A DNA stretch of 64,000 nucleotides, from the NCBI GenBank assembly GCA_965198115.1, contig OZ240241.1, positions 4,736,001-4,800,000 of the forward strand, in the 5' to 3' direction. Positions 19,567-31,300 of the stretch are shown here, piece after piece (position 1 is the stretch's first letter; every line of letters starts with the position of its first letter). The notes under the pieces are model-generated. The model ran no database searches. It saw only the letters and a program-made list of their open reading frames with translations, and had not been told where the DNA came from. The translations under genes and the position numbers were made by a program. This DNA is from Candidatus Latescibacterota bacterium (GTDB lineage Bacteria; Latescibacterota; UBA2968).

Positions 19567-21699
19567 ATGTCCGATACGCCTATAATCTGTCTGATCACCA
19601 TCCTCATCGTTTTCACCATCTTTGCGTGGCCGACCCTCGATCACGAGGCCCGCGACGCTAGAATGCTCCAGGTGATCTCGCTCGATGAGGCCGGATTTCT
19701 GAACGTTGTCCAAAATCTCCACGAAACAGGCGATCTGTCGATCGGCCATTTCACCTATCCAGCGCTATACCCCTACCTCGCCCTCATCATCGCAAAAGGG
19801 CAGGGTCTATTTGGAGCCATCACCGACGCGGCAATCATCAAGTCTCTACGTCTGATCTGCCTGGCAGCCGCGCTCCTTACTCTTCTGCTCGCCTATCGCA
19901 TCGGTGCATCCGCCTTCGACCGCGAAACAGGTGTAACGGCCGTTGCCCTCCTCGCCTCGGTCCCCGTCTTCTTCCGCTGGTCGGTCGAAGCGCACCCCGA
20001 TCTGCCACAGCTCGCTTTCCTGACCGCCGGCGTGTACGCCCTGTCACGTGCAGCCAAGCTCGAAACCCTGGGTGACCTGATTGCATCATCGTTATTCGCC
20101 GGTCTCGCCTTCGGCACAAAGTATGGGGGGTTCCTGCTGGTTCCGGCCATCGGGTTCGTGATTTTCAGGGTCGCCACCGATTCACGAACGAAACTTCAGG
20201 CGGGCCTCGCCTGTCTTCTCGTCTTCGCGGCAGCGTTCACGCTCACCAATCCCTACGTCATAGGGAATTGGGACCGGTTCACAGCCGATCTCTCCTTCGT
20301 CGGCAGAATCGTATCCGACGAACCGGATGTGTCACCACTCGCCTGGTTTGGGATTCTCTTCTCACCAGCCATCGGTTTGTTCATCGGAGTGCTACTCGCG
20401 TTAACCTGCGTTTTCTCTCTGACCGGCAAGGGCCCCCTCGCCCGACGAGAAGATCATCTTGTGCTCATCGTATTCGCGGCCACTTGCCTTGTCTTCCTCT
20501 TGATCCGAATCAGGTTCATCCAAGGACAGTATCTGTTGCCGGTCCTACCTGTCTTCGCCGTGGTGGCCGCAAGCGTCTTGCCCAGCCGATGCCGGGCGTG
20601 GGGGCTGCCGGCCAGTGGACGAATCGCTGTTGTCCTCGCCGTGGCCGTCGTGCAAGCCAGCTTCTCTCGCGATGCGTGGTCCGCGCGAGTCCGCGACCTC
20701 ACCGAGGATCCCATCATCGCATCCGGTCTCTGGCTCGAAGAAGCGTATGGATCGAACACCACCATTCTCTTCGACGCCTACGCGTATGTACCCTCGAAAT
20801 TCACCCGCGCGCAGAGCGTGTTCGGACCGTCCTATTCCTTGATCCATCTCCTTGCGCCTGACCTGCTCCTTACCCGATCGAGCATCCGCGATCGATATCG
20901 GAGCCCCGACACGCCCACCGACTTCCGTCTGACCGACGACGCAGCCGAGGCCGCGGACTTCCTCTACCTCCAGAACCAGCGCTACCGAGACATCCACGAC
21001 ACCTACAGCTATCTGGAGAACGGTGTGATCCCGGAATACAGCCTGGTTCGCGATTTCGGTGACGTCACCCTCTACGCCCGACGGGAGCGTGTCGATGCCG
21101 CTCGGTGGGATCGAATCCAGCACGCGCACACAACCGGCACCCTCCCGGCCGTCGCCGCTGCGGGATCGTTTATGTCATTTGGAACCCTGCACGCCACGGC
21201 GGGCAACTACCCCCAGGCCTCCATCCAATACCGAAAGGCGGTCGAAGCCCTTCCCGACAACGCGATGGCCAAGGACCACCTCGCGGCGTCGCTCGCCCAT
21301 CAGGACAGCGTTGAAGTCGCCTGGTCGTTGTGGGAGGAAGCAGAGACGCACTCGAACGACACGGCAAGCATCTGGATCCGCGCCGGCTGGGCGCTCTATG
21401 CGTCAGGCCACTACGAGGCTTCGCGAAACGCCAGCCAACGCGCCATCGAATCGGCACCTGAACATCCTTACCCGCGATTCAACATCGCGCTTGCCCACCT
21501 GGCCGAGGGCAACGTCACAGCTGCGGATTCAGTCTATTCCGCCGCCCTCGAGAACCACGAACTACCTGAAGCCACCGCCAACATTCTCGCTGAACTCAAA
21601 CAAAACGAGGGCCTCTCCCTCGAAGGAATAGCCCTCGTCAATCGCTTGCTGGTGGAACGGGGAAGTTCAGGACGAACCCAGTCCGATCATCCTGAGTAG
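19567..21699 (+). CDS. GT-C/PMT (ArnT-like) membrane glycosyltransferase with C-terminal TPRs
   Basis: Multiple TM helices, DE motif (SLDEAG), HPD, GTKY, TNPY; TPR-like C-terminus. Confidence 0.75.
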   Translation: MSDTPIICLITILIVFTIFAWPTLDHEARDARMLQVISLDEAGFLNVVQNLHETGDLSIGHFTYPALYPYLALIIAKGQGLFGAITDAAIIKSLRLICLAAALLTLLLAYRIGASAFDRETGVTAVALLASVPVFFRWSVEAHPDLPQLAFLTAGVYALSRAAKLETLGDLIASSLFAGLAFGTKYGGFLLVPAIGFVIFRVATDSRTKLQAGLACLLVFAAAFTLTNPYVIGNWDRFTADLSFVGRIVSDEPDVSPLAWFGILFSPAIGLFIGVLLALTCVFSLTGKGPLARREDHLVLIVFAATCLVFLLIRIRFIQGQYLLPVLPVFAVVAASVLPSRCRAWGLPASGRIAVVLAVAVVQASFSRDAWSARVRDLTEDPIIASGLWLEEAYGSNTTILFDAYAYVPSKFTRAQSVFGPSYSLIHLLAPDLLLTRSSIRDRYRSPDTPTDFRLTDDAAEAADFLYLQNQRYRDIHDTYSYLENGVIPEYSLVRDFGDVTLYARRERVDAARWDRIQHAHTTGTLPAVAAAGSFMSFGTLHATAGNYPQASIQYRKAVEALPDNAMAKDHLAASLAHQDSVEVAWSLWEEAETHSNDTASIWIRAGWALYASGHYEASRNASQRAIESAPEHPYPRFNIALAHLAEGNVTAADSVYSAALENHELPEATANILAELKQNEGLSLEGIALVNRLLVERGSSGRTQSDHPE

Positions 21700-21808
21700 A
21701 CGCCTCGCCAGATCCAACGTACGCGACATTTCTAAAGGAGTGTGATCGTCATATCGAAGGACGATCGGACCCTTCTCCCTACTCACTCTCCGTCCTCTTC
21801 CCTTTCCC

Positions 21809-22216
21809 CTACGGCGTCAGCAACGGAATGACGCGTCGCCCGAAGCGGCGATAGCTCCTGAAGTCACTGTCCAAGGTAAACACCCTGTGATCCGGATACA
21901 ACTCGGACATTCGCACGAGACACGCATCCGCGAGCGACATCGGTTGGTCTGCGTATTTCTCCAAGAGTTTCAGAACTTCATCAATCTCAGCTTCCAATGA
22001 AAAGGAGGCCTTCAGGAAGCCTCGCTCCAGCATCGCCCTCAGGCCCGCTGCACCGCTGAACGTTCTGCGTTCGAGTAGGTGAAACGATTCGGTCAACACC
22101 GCCTCGCAAGTAAGGAGTGGCGGCGCAAGCGGATCTGCAGCCTCTATACACCAGTGGTGATAAGGCTCGCTGGGATTGAGTAATGAAACGATGGGTCCAG
22201 CGTCAGCGATGGTCAT
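21809..22216 (-). CDS. vapC: PIN-domain ribonuclease toxin (VapC-like)
   Basis: IADAGP, CEAVLTE, MSLADACLV, FTLDSDF acidic PIN motifs. Confidence 0.9.
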   Translation of the reverse strand: MTIADAGPIVSLLNPSEPYHHWCIEAADPLAPPLLTCEAVLTESFHLLERRTFSGAAGLRAMLERGFLKASFSLEAEIDEVLKLLEKYADQPMSLADACLVRMSELYPDHRVFTLDSDFRSYRRFGRRVIPLLTP

Positions 22217-22473
22217 TTCTTTCGACCGGTGCCGAGGCTGTCTTCACCCAGATCCTCGAGATACTTGGGGTTCGTAGAAAGGTCCGCAGGCCCGTCTACG
22301 GTACCAACGAGATCTCGTATTAGATCCAATGCAGATTGATTCTTTTCGCTCTTTGTCAAGTAGGTCACCAGGGCCTCTCGAACGAGGGAAGACTTGCTAA
22401 CACCCTGTCTCTGTGCCTCGTAAACAATTTCTTTATCGAGCGAATCCGGAACCTTGATCGTAATCGCCTTCAT
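22213..22473 (-). CDS. RHH/CopG antitoxin, copy 3
   Basis: MKAITIKV beta-ribbon, GVSKSSLVREAL, C-terminal GPADLSTNPKY; ATGA overlap with toxin. Confidence 0.85.
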   Translation of the reverse strand: MKAITIKVPDSLDKEIVYEAQRQGVSKSSLVREALVTYLTKSEKNQSALDLIRDLVGTVDGPADLSTNPKYLEDLGEDSLGTGRKK

Positions 22474-22754
22474 TTTTGACTCCTCCTCTGCAACTGGAGA
22501 TGTCCCAAGCTATCTGTCCCAAAGTCCTCCATATATTTCGGATTCGTTGAGAGGTCACTTGGACCTTCACCGTCTGAATCCAACAAGTCTTTGATACGAT
22601 CGTAGACCGAGGGCTCTGAAGAATTCGATGGTTCTGCCAGGTAGGAGGCCAGGGCCTCTCGCACGAGTGACGACTTGCTGATCCCCTGCCTCTGTGCTTC
22701 GTATCTGACTCTCTCATCTATTTCTTCGCTTACTTTGAGCGTAATCGTTTTCAT
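22470..22754 (-). CDS. RHH/CopG antitoxin, copy 2
   Basis: MKTITLKV, GISKSSLVREAL, GPSDLSTNPKY; ATGA overlaps on both sides. Confidence 0.85.
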   Translation of the reverse strand: MKTITLKVSEEIDERVRYEAQRQGISKSSLVREALASYLAEPSNSSEPSVYDRIKDLLDSDGEGPSDLSTNPKYMEDFGTDSLGHLQLQRRSQK

Positions 22755-23026
22755 CGCTCCTCCGCATTCGAATACCCGAGACTGTCCCGACCGAGTCCTT
22801 CCAGGTGTTTCGGGTTAGTAGATAGATCTCCCGGGCCGTCAAACGATCCGATCAGGTGCTTCATCCCTCCATAGACCGACTTTGGTTCATCCTGCTTCTT
22901 GCCATCTCCCAAATAGGCAGCCAGGGCCTCCTTGACGATAGACGACAGGGATACTCCCCTGCGACCCGCCTCGAGCCTGAGCTTCTCCTCGATTTTTTCC
23001 GGAATTCTGATTTTCATCGTCTTCAT
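22751..23026 (-). CDS. RHH/CopG antitoxin, copy 1
   Basis: MKTMKIRI, GVSLSSIVKEAL, GPGDLSTNPKH. Confidence 0.85.
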   Translation of the reverse strand: MKTMKIRIPEKIEEKLRLEAGRRGVSLSSIVKEALAAYLGDGKKQDEPKSVYGGMKHLIGSFDGPGDLSTNPKHLEGLGRDSLGYSNAEER

Positions 23027-23046
23027 CGCACAGCTCTTTCCATTTC

Positions 23047-23093
23047 GTATTACCGTCTGCGCAAAAGGTATTACCTTTGTAGGGTGGCGTCAA
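23047..23093 (-). promoter_or_regulatory. TA operon promoter with overlapping palindromic operator
   Basis: Minus strand TTGACG-17 bp-TACCTT; palindrome AAAGGTA-T-TACCTTT (23064-23078) covers the -10; second GTATTACC at 23047-23054. Confidence 0.7.
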
Positions 23094-23380
23094 TCCCTGC
23101 TGTTCTCTGACTTCCACTCTCTGATCTCCGTCTCCCCACGACAAACCTGCGACCCTGCAGGTGGTCTTGGACGAATCTGATTAAACCGAGCGGGAGATCG
23201 GTAGAGGATCCTCCTCCGCTGAAGCTTCGGAGGACAGGGAGAGCGGGCGAACTGTGGTGAAATGCGGGTTAATCGACCGTTTCGCTCCGGCATTCTCTTC
23301 TTTCCCCACAAACTGCCGCTTCTTGTATAAGAAAATCTAAAACTTGTGACGGGTGTCACTAAATTAGGATCCTGTGCCTA

Positions 23381-23410
23381 TTGATGCACAATCAGCTTCA
23401 GACATATAAT
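23381..23410 (+). promoter_or_regulatory. Putative sigma70 promoter of the surface-protein operon
   Basis: TTGATG-18 bp-TATAAT. Confidence 0.6.
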
Positions 23411-23527
23411 TGAGGTGCAAACCTTGAGTCGGGAACATCTGAGCCCAGCTTCGTTGTATCGGGACAGCGGAGTGGCACCCAATGCGGTCGTGATGTTCCG
23501 CGATAACGTTTCCTCTGAGCGTTAAGC

Positions 23528-23576
23528 AGCCCCAAGTAGGCCTTGCAGAGGGGCCTGCGTGGGGCTTTCTGTTTTT
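23528..23576 (+). terminator. Terminator-like hairpin in the 5' leader (possible attenuator)
   Basis: AGCCCCA.GTAGGCC...GGCCTGC.TGGGGCT followed by TTCTGTTTTT, about 50 bp before ATG 23625. Confidence 0.6.
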
Positions 23577-23624
23577 GCGTTGGGAGCTTGTGGGTTTCGG
23601 ACTTTCCGACCGCAGACCAACCAA

Positions 23625-25396
23625 ATGACAAGCCGTTATTCCCTCGCCTTCGTCTGCTGCCTCATTCTCGTCTGCCTGACGTGGACACCCAGGTTGCACG
23701 CTGCAGCCATCTCTTGGGACGGCGGCGGCGACGGCATCAGTTGGGATGATAACACCAACTGGAGCGGGGACGTCCTACCTGGCGGCGCCGATGACGTGAC
23801 CATCAACGTTGGCGGTACTCCAACCATTCTGCACTCCACCGGCACCACTACGATCAACAGCCTGTCTTGCGACGAGAACCTCATCCTTTCAGGCGGATCG
23901 TTGGATCTCGCGGCTGCCTCAACCATTACTGCGAACGGCGCACTCTCCCTGACAGGTGGCACCTTGACGGGGGCCGGCACGTTGACGGTGAACAGTGCGA
24001 TGACGTGGTCGTCCGGCGCGATGAGCGGCACCGGCACCACAGAGATCGCCGGCGGCGCGACGCTGACCATCTCCACCGCCACCGCAAAGACGCTCTCCCA
24101 GCGCACGCTCTCGATCCTGAACACCGGCATCGCCAACGTCACCGGCACCGGACAGATCGGCTTGCAAACCTCCGCCGTCATCGACAACCAGGCCGGCGGC
24201 ACCTTCGACGTCCAGGTCGACGCCAACATCGCCCACACCTTCGGCGCGGTGGTCACCATCAACAACGCCGGCACCTTCCAAAAATCCGGCGGCACGGGCA
24301 CCACACAAATCGGCGGCGGCATCGCGTTCAACAACACAGGATCCGTAAAAGTCCAGATGGGAACCCTCGATTTCGCCGGCACATTTTCAAGTTTCTCGGG
24401 TACAACCCTTACTGGCGGAACCTACGATGTCTCTGGCATATGCAGTTTCCCAGCGCCGACATCGTCACGAACGCGGCCACCATTATCCTGGATGGTGCAG
24501 GTTCACTGATCGAGCCCACGGGCGGGGGCGCCGATGCCATCACGAACTTCGCGACGAACGCGGCTGCCGGCAGTTTCGAGATCAAGAACAGCCGCAATTT
24601 CACGTCGGCTGCGGCCCTGAGCAACGCCGGAACGGTCACGATCGGCACGGGCTCGACATTGACCGTACCCGCCGCCGCCAATTATACGCAGACGTCCGGA
24701 ACGACGACCGTCGACGGCACGCTTACGACAACTGGTATCGTCGACATTCAAGCGGGTTCATCGTTGCTCGGCACCGGGAATGTCAACTCGAACACGACCA
24801 ACGCGGGGTCTACTGGACCGGGAACTTCCGCCGGTCAATTGACGGTGACCGGCAACTACACACAAACATCCGCAGGCACGCTGGATATCGAGCTCGGCGG
24901 CACCACCGTCGCCACACAGTACGATCAGCTGATCGTCACAGGCACGGCTCCCACTTTCAGATGGATCGAGGTTTACGCGGCCAATGGAACGATCAACACC
25001 TCCGACCGGCGCAGGAAGCGCGACATTCGGGACATCGACTACGGGCTGGATGAACTGCAGAAGTTGAAACCGGTCCGATACCGCTGGAAAGATCATCCCG
25101 AACGGGGAGAGCGACTCGGGCTGATCGCGCAGGATGTGCAGGAGGTGATTTCAGAAGTCGTCAACGTCGGAAACGACAAGGACCAAACGCTCGGGGTGTA
25201 TTACTCGGATCTAATTCCGGTACTCATAAAGGGGGTGCAGGAACAGCAGGCAATGATCGAGAGACAGGGAAATGAAATCGAAGAACTCAGGAAGATGGTT
25301 CGTGAGCTCGGCCTCAAGACGGCGGGTGCTGAAGCGGACGTCGATCCAACTTCGGTGTCGCTCGAAAGGGTAACTGACAAAAACGATAAGTCATGA
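23625..25396 (+). CDS. Secreted beta-helix/adhesin-like protein with C-terminal peptidase S74 intramolecular chaperone, frameshift near 24438
   Basis: Signal peptide, ISWDGGG..WDDNTNWS, G/T-rich passenger-like repeats; TSDRRRKRDI...KLKPVRYRW...GLIAQDV...YSDLIPVLIKGVQE and coiled coil. Confidence 0.8.
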
Positions 25397-28300
25397 AACC
25401 ATCGATGCGCACCATCATTCTCACGGCTCTGGCACTGATCTGGAGTCTCACCTCCAACGCACTCGCCCAGATCAATCAGCCGCGCACTGTCGTCTCCAAC
25501 GGTGGCGAGAAGTCCACTGCCGCGGGCCAGATCCTGCACAGCACCTTTGGCCAGGTGTTCGCCGGGACGACCAGCAACGCCTCCAACACAAACGAGATCG
25601 GGTTCTGGCACACGCTCTATCAGAACAACCAACCGATGGCCACACCACAGACGGTCGGCACGAACGAGGACACGGACGTCACGGTCACCCTCGGCGGGAC
25701 AGATGCCGACGGGGATCCCTTGACGGCTCTGATCTCCACGTTGCCGGCGAACGGATCCGTCTATCAGACGCCGGATGGAACGGCTCGCGGCGCCCAGATC
25801 ACGAGCGTGCCCACAACCGTCACTGACGCATTGCGCCGCATCATCTACGTCACCGCCTTGAACGGCACGGGCAACGGCCACGGAAGCATCGGCTTTAAAA
25901 TGAACGATGGATCGCTCGACTCACCCGAGGCCACCATCACGGTCGATGTAACCGCGGTCAACGACGCGCCCACCCTCAACGCTATCGCCAACCCGTCGCA
26001 GATCCAGGAGAATGCTGGCCAGCAAACGGTCAACCTCGCCGGCATCGGTCCTGGAGGTGGCACCGACGAATCCGGCCAGACCCTGACGGTCACTGCCACG
26101 TCCAACAACACCAGTCTGATTCCCAACCCGACAGTGACCTACGCGAGTCCAAACAGCACGGGCAGTCTCGTTTACGTGCCCGCCTCCAACCAGGATGGCT
26201 CGGCCGTCGTCACCGTCACGGTTGCGGACAACGGAGGAAACGCCAACGGGGGCGCGAACACCATCAGCCGGACCTTCACGGTATCCGTCGCCGACGCGAG
26301 CGCGCCACCTCCTCCACCTCCACCACCGCCACCACCGCCACCCGCGAACAACCCGCCGACCATCGCTTCTATCGCCCCCCTGTCGGCGGTTCAGAATACG
26401 CCCATCACCTTCAACGTTCCGGTTTCCGACGAGAACGTGAGCACCACCGACATCATCGTGTCGGGGCATGACGCGTCCCTGATTCCGACCGTACAGATTT
26501 TGAGAAAATCGATCACCGTCACCCCGATCGATGACGTCTTCACGACGACCATCAGCCTCGTCGCCAGAGACGCAAGCGGCCAGAATTCATCCCAAGTCAC
26601 CGTCATCCTCACCTGGACACAGCCTCCCAACGAATTACCAACATTCGTCGATGGATCCTTCTTCCCTCCCGACGGAGCCGTAGACCAGTCCACTTCAATC
26701 TTCCTTTCGTGGGAAGGCCAGGACGGCGATGGCGACGCCCTGCTGTTCACCGTATTAACCGGCCCGTCAGCCGATGACCTGACCGTCCAGGCCGTCGATC
26801 TGACCGACACGACCTTCCTCCTCGACAACCTCGACCATCTCCAGACCGTCCATTGGCAGATTACCATCGACGACAGCAAGGGCGACCCGGTCCCCGGACC
26901 GATATCATCGTTCACGACCCTACCCCCGCCCATCGTCGGTCCCATCACCTTCATCAGTTTCCAGCCCGCCGACGGCGCCACGGACGTCTCGAGAGCGGTC
27001 GAGCTTCGGGGCCAGCCGGACATACCGGAAGGCACACGGTGACGTATTCCGTGCGGCTCGGCGACGCAAGCAACGAACTCGTTACGATTGCAGAAAACCT
27101 GACCGAGCCCCGTTTCTCGGTACTGCGGGCGCATTCCAGCAGCACGTTCTGGCAGATGGTGGCCATCAGCGGAGAGGAAGTTTCCGAGGGCCCGATTCTC
27201 ATGTTCACAGTAGTCGGGGATACACGAGCGCCCACCCTCCGCGGTGACGCTGTCGACATCGGGCCGACCACCGCCCGCATTATCGGGACAGCGGACGAGT
27301 CGGTGACCGGCGAAGTCCGGTTCGGACGCCAACCCGATCTGTCGGATGGAACGACGGTCACGTCGGACGCCGGCTTGGGGCGCAACGTGTCCGTGGACCT
27401 GACTGAACTGACCGATGGCGTCTACTACTATGAGGTGATCGGGATCGACGGCTCCGGCAACGTGGGCCGAAGCGCCATCCGCAGCTTCAGCCCCTTGCGT
27501 GCAGCCGATACAACCCCTCCGGTCTTTCTCGCCGGCCCCACCGTGGAAGGGATCGAGGATGTCACCGCCGTCGTGCGCTTCCGGTTGAACGAACGGTCGG
27601 CCGTCGAAGTCGCTCTTTCGGGCAATGGGGTCCTTGAGACGATTTCATCGGACCCCGCATTGATTCACATCATCAGACTCGACGGCGACCCGTCCACCGA
27701 ATACGAGATCGTCGTGACCGTCACCGACGCGGCCGGAAACGAGGCGCAGAGCCCTGTAATCACCTTCCAGACCAGGGAGTCGCCCGACATTGAACCGCCC
27801 GTCTACGTCCAGCGGCCCCAGACCGACCGTTCCCACATCGGCGCCATCGCGACGTGGGAGGTCAACGAACCCGTCTTTGGCGAGCTCAGATTCGGGCCGG
27901 CGTCGGGAGACCTGACAGAATCGGTATCCACCCTCGCGCCCGGGTTCGTTGTCTCCCTTGAAATCACTGATCTCGAGCCCAACACGACCTACGCGTTCCA
28001 GGCCGTGTCGACGGACCTTTCCGGAAACGTTCTGACAGGCGCCATTCGCACCTTCACGACCTTCGCCGCCCCTGACACGACACCGCCCATTGTCATCCAA
28101 GGGCCATCCGTGCGTGGTCTCTTGCAGGATCAGGCCATCGTCGCCTGGAAAACGAACGAGACCGCCTTTTCCCGCATCGTCTTCGACACTGAGGACATCT
28201 CTCTCCGGTCCTTCCGCACGCCCCTCAGCACGGAAGCCAAGACCGAACACGTACGGCGTCTGACCGGTCTCGACGCGGCCACACGATACAACTTCCAGGT

Positions 28301-31300
28301 CGTCAGCATCGATCCGGCCGGAAACATCAGCACCGTTGACGGCGGCGCGTTCAATACGTCGGCCGAGCCCGACACGACGCCACCCCGGCTGATCGTTGCG
28401 GCTACCGTGACGGAAATCAGGTCCGACGGGTTCACCGTTTTCTGGGAGACCGACGAACCTGCCACCACCGAACTGCTCCGGGAGCGCGTGGTCACGGGCA
28501 ACGACCCGACCCCGGGCGATCCGATCCGCCGGATCGTGGAAGATCTGGTTCAAAGCCACAACATCTCCCTCTTTGGTCTGATCCCGGACTCGGACTACCG
28601 GCTCACCATCCGATCTCTGGATGCGACCGGCAATGAATTCATCGCTGTGCTTCCGGTCGTGCATACCGCGCTGGAGTCCGACGTCGATCCGCCGGTCATA
28701 ACCGTGCATCCCTTCGTCCTCGGGCTCTCGGAAGCGACAGCTCAGATCGCCTGGCGCACCGACGAGCCGGCCACCGGCTTTGTCGAGTTCGATGTGCTTG
28801 CCGATTTTTCAACCTCGCGAACCGTCGGCTCAACGAGACCCGTCAGTAACCACGTCATCACATTGACTGGCCTGGAACCACAAACTCGACATTTCTACCG
28901 AACCCTGTCGGCAGACATCTCGGACAACGGTCCAAACGTCTTCCCCGCGATCGAGAGCGATCCTCTCGAATTCACAACCCTGGCGACACCCGATGTGACC
29001 CCACCCGAAATCGCGGAGGGACCCTTCGTCCTGTCGAAAGACGATGCCTCGGTCACCCTGAAGTTGGTGACGAGCGAACTGGCACGGACCCTATTCGTCT
29101 TCGGGACCGACCCGGAGGACCTGTCGCGCAGCCTGTCGGCGCCCGAGTTCACGATCGAACACATCGAAACGCTGACCGGTCTCGACCCGGCCACCGAATA
29201 CCACTACCAGGTCCACGCCTTCGACGTAGCAGACAATGGGCCTGCTATCAGCGTCATCCGGACCGTCGCGACCGACGACGTTCCCGATACGCGTCCACCG
29301 GTGATCATAAGCGGCCCATCGTCAGATGTGACAGCAACGACCGCCTCGATCGTCTGGGCTACGGACGAAGTGACTAACTCCCTCGTCTTACTCGAAGGGC
29401 GACAGGTTGCGGGCGATCCGAAGACCGAAGGGCATCGGGTACTGGTCACCAATCTGGCACCGGAAACGAGGCATTCCTACATCGTCATCTCAGCCGATCC
29501 TGCCGGAAACGAGTCCCGTAGTATCGAAAAGTTTTTCCGCACGCAAGCCGAGCCCGACATTGAACCGCCCATTGTCCTAGAGGGACCGTCTATCCCCTAC
29601 CTGTCAGATAGGCAAGTCACCTTCTGCCTTCTGACCAATGAGCCCTCGAGCACAGAACTCGTCGTGGGAACGGAAGAGGACTTCGTGACGCGGCCTCTGC
29701 CGTCGGTTGTCCGCAGAGACCTGAAACGATTCCGCTGCATCACGATGGGCGGGTTTGGAAGTGGAATGCCGCACCTCTTCCGGATCGTGGCGACCGATGG
29801 AGCAGGCAACCAGACGGTCATCGGGGATCCGCGGGGCTTCACACGGAAAGCCGGCGTCGTCACGAAGTTCCTCCAGGTACCGGGTGGGACCGGCAGCTTC
29901 GTCACAACGACCGAAGAGGATACGCAGAGACCCGCCATCCTCCGGGGTCCGCACGCCGTGGCCTCCACCACGACGACGCTCACCATCGAGTGGGAGACCG
30001 ACGAAAGCAGCGACAGCGGCATCGACTTCGGGATCGACGACATGGGCTTTCGCGTGGAAGCGGGCGAAGACGTCCTCGTCCACCGGATGGTCATCACCAA
30101 CCTGCTGCCTGGAACGACCTATCAGTATCAGGTCGGCTCGACAGACCCTGCGGGCAACGCTTCTACGAAAGGCATCTTCCTGGCCAGAACGGCGGCCGTC
30201 GAGGATCAGGCGGCCCCGCGGATCGTGGCTCCTCCATCGGTCATCTACCTGACCGAACGAAGTGCCGCGCTCGCCTGGCAGACGGACGAGGCTGCGGAGA
30301 CCTTTGTCGAATTCGGAACCGAAGATTTCGATAAGCAGATTGCGACACCCGACTTCGTCACCGACCATCGGATCACTCTCACGAATCTCGCGCCGTCCAC
30401 CACCTATCGTTACCGCGTCCAGGCCACCGTCCGCTGGCAGACCAACGAGCTGTCGGACAGCGCCGTCCGGTTCGGCGTGGGGACGGACCTCGGCTTCGAG
30501 GCGTTAGGCCTGATCGTCGGTTCCGCCCGCGATGTCATGAACCACGAAGTCCATCTTACGAATCTCGAGCCCGACACCGACTACGGCTTCGCCGTCCAAT
30601 CCGTCGACCGAAGCGGGAACGGTCCTACGACCTCCGACGTCTTCTTCTTCCGAACGACCGACGCGGCCGACGAATCGCCCCCATCGGTTCCGGCCGACCT
30701 TCGCGTACGCGCTGCCGAAGGCGAAGTCGTCGTCGCGTGGACCCCGGTTTCCGATTCGGACGTCGCCGGCTACGACATCCTGCGAGCGATCGGCGAGGAC
30801 GATCTGACTGAAGTGGTCACCCTCGTGCCCGGCCCCGAATACAGAGACGATGGACTCGACCCGGACCTCACCTACCGCTATGCGGTCCGGGCGGTCGATG
30901 CCGCGGCGAACGCCAGCGAGCTATCGGCCATCATCGAAGCCACGCCCGACGGATCGGGCCGGCCTTCCGCGCCTTCACCCTTGCCCCCATCCGGAGAAGG
31001 ACCCCTCCTCCAAGTCGGCAACGCCGAAAGCGAGGCCAACCTCACCTACAACTTCGAAGTCGCGCTCGACGAGGGCTTCGAAGAGATCGTCGCGCAGGCG
31101 TCCGGCATCCCCGAAGGTACCGGCGGCCTGCAGACGAATGTCACCGGCTGGCGGGTGGATGTAGCCCTCGAAGCCGAGCAGACCTACTTCTGGCGCGCCT
31201 GGGCTTTTGACGGGGTCTTCGACGGAGCCTTTTCGGCAGTGGGCGAGTTTGTTGCGGGAGAAGTCGCCATCGCCAACCCGGGAGACATCGACGGAGATCT

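Noticed and set aside
23411-23500. Known c-di-GMP riboswitch
   Set aside because: GCAAACC is present but the downstream class I tetraloop/receptor and class II AGUGCAACCG signatures are absent; kept only as an unknown leader.
26304-26343. Poly-proline tract as a contingency repeat
   Set aside because: Mixed CCN codons; an ordinary interdomain linker.
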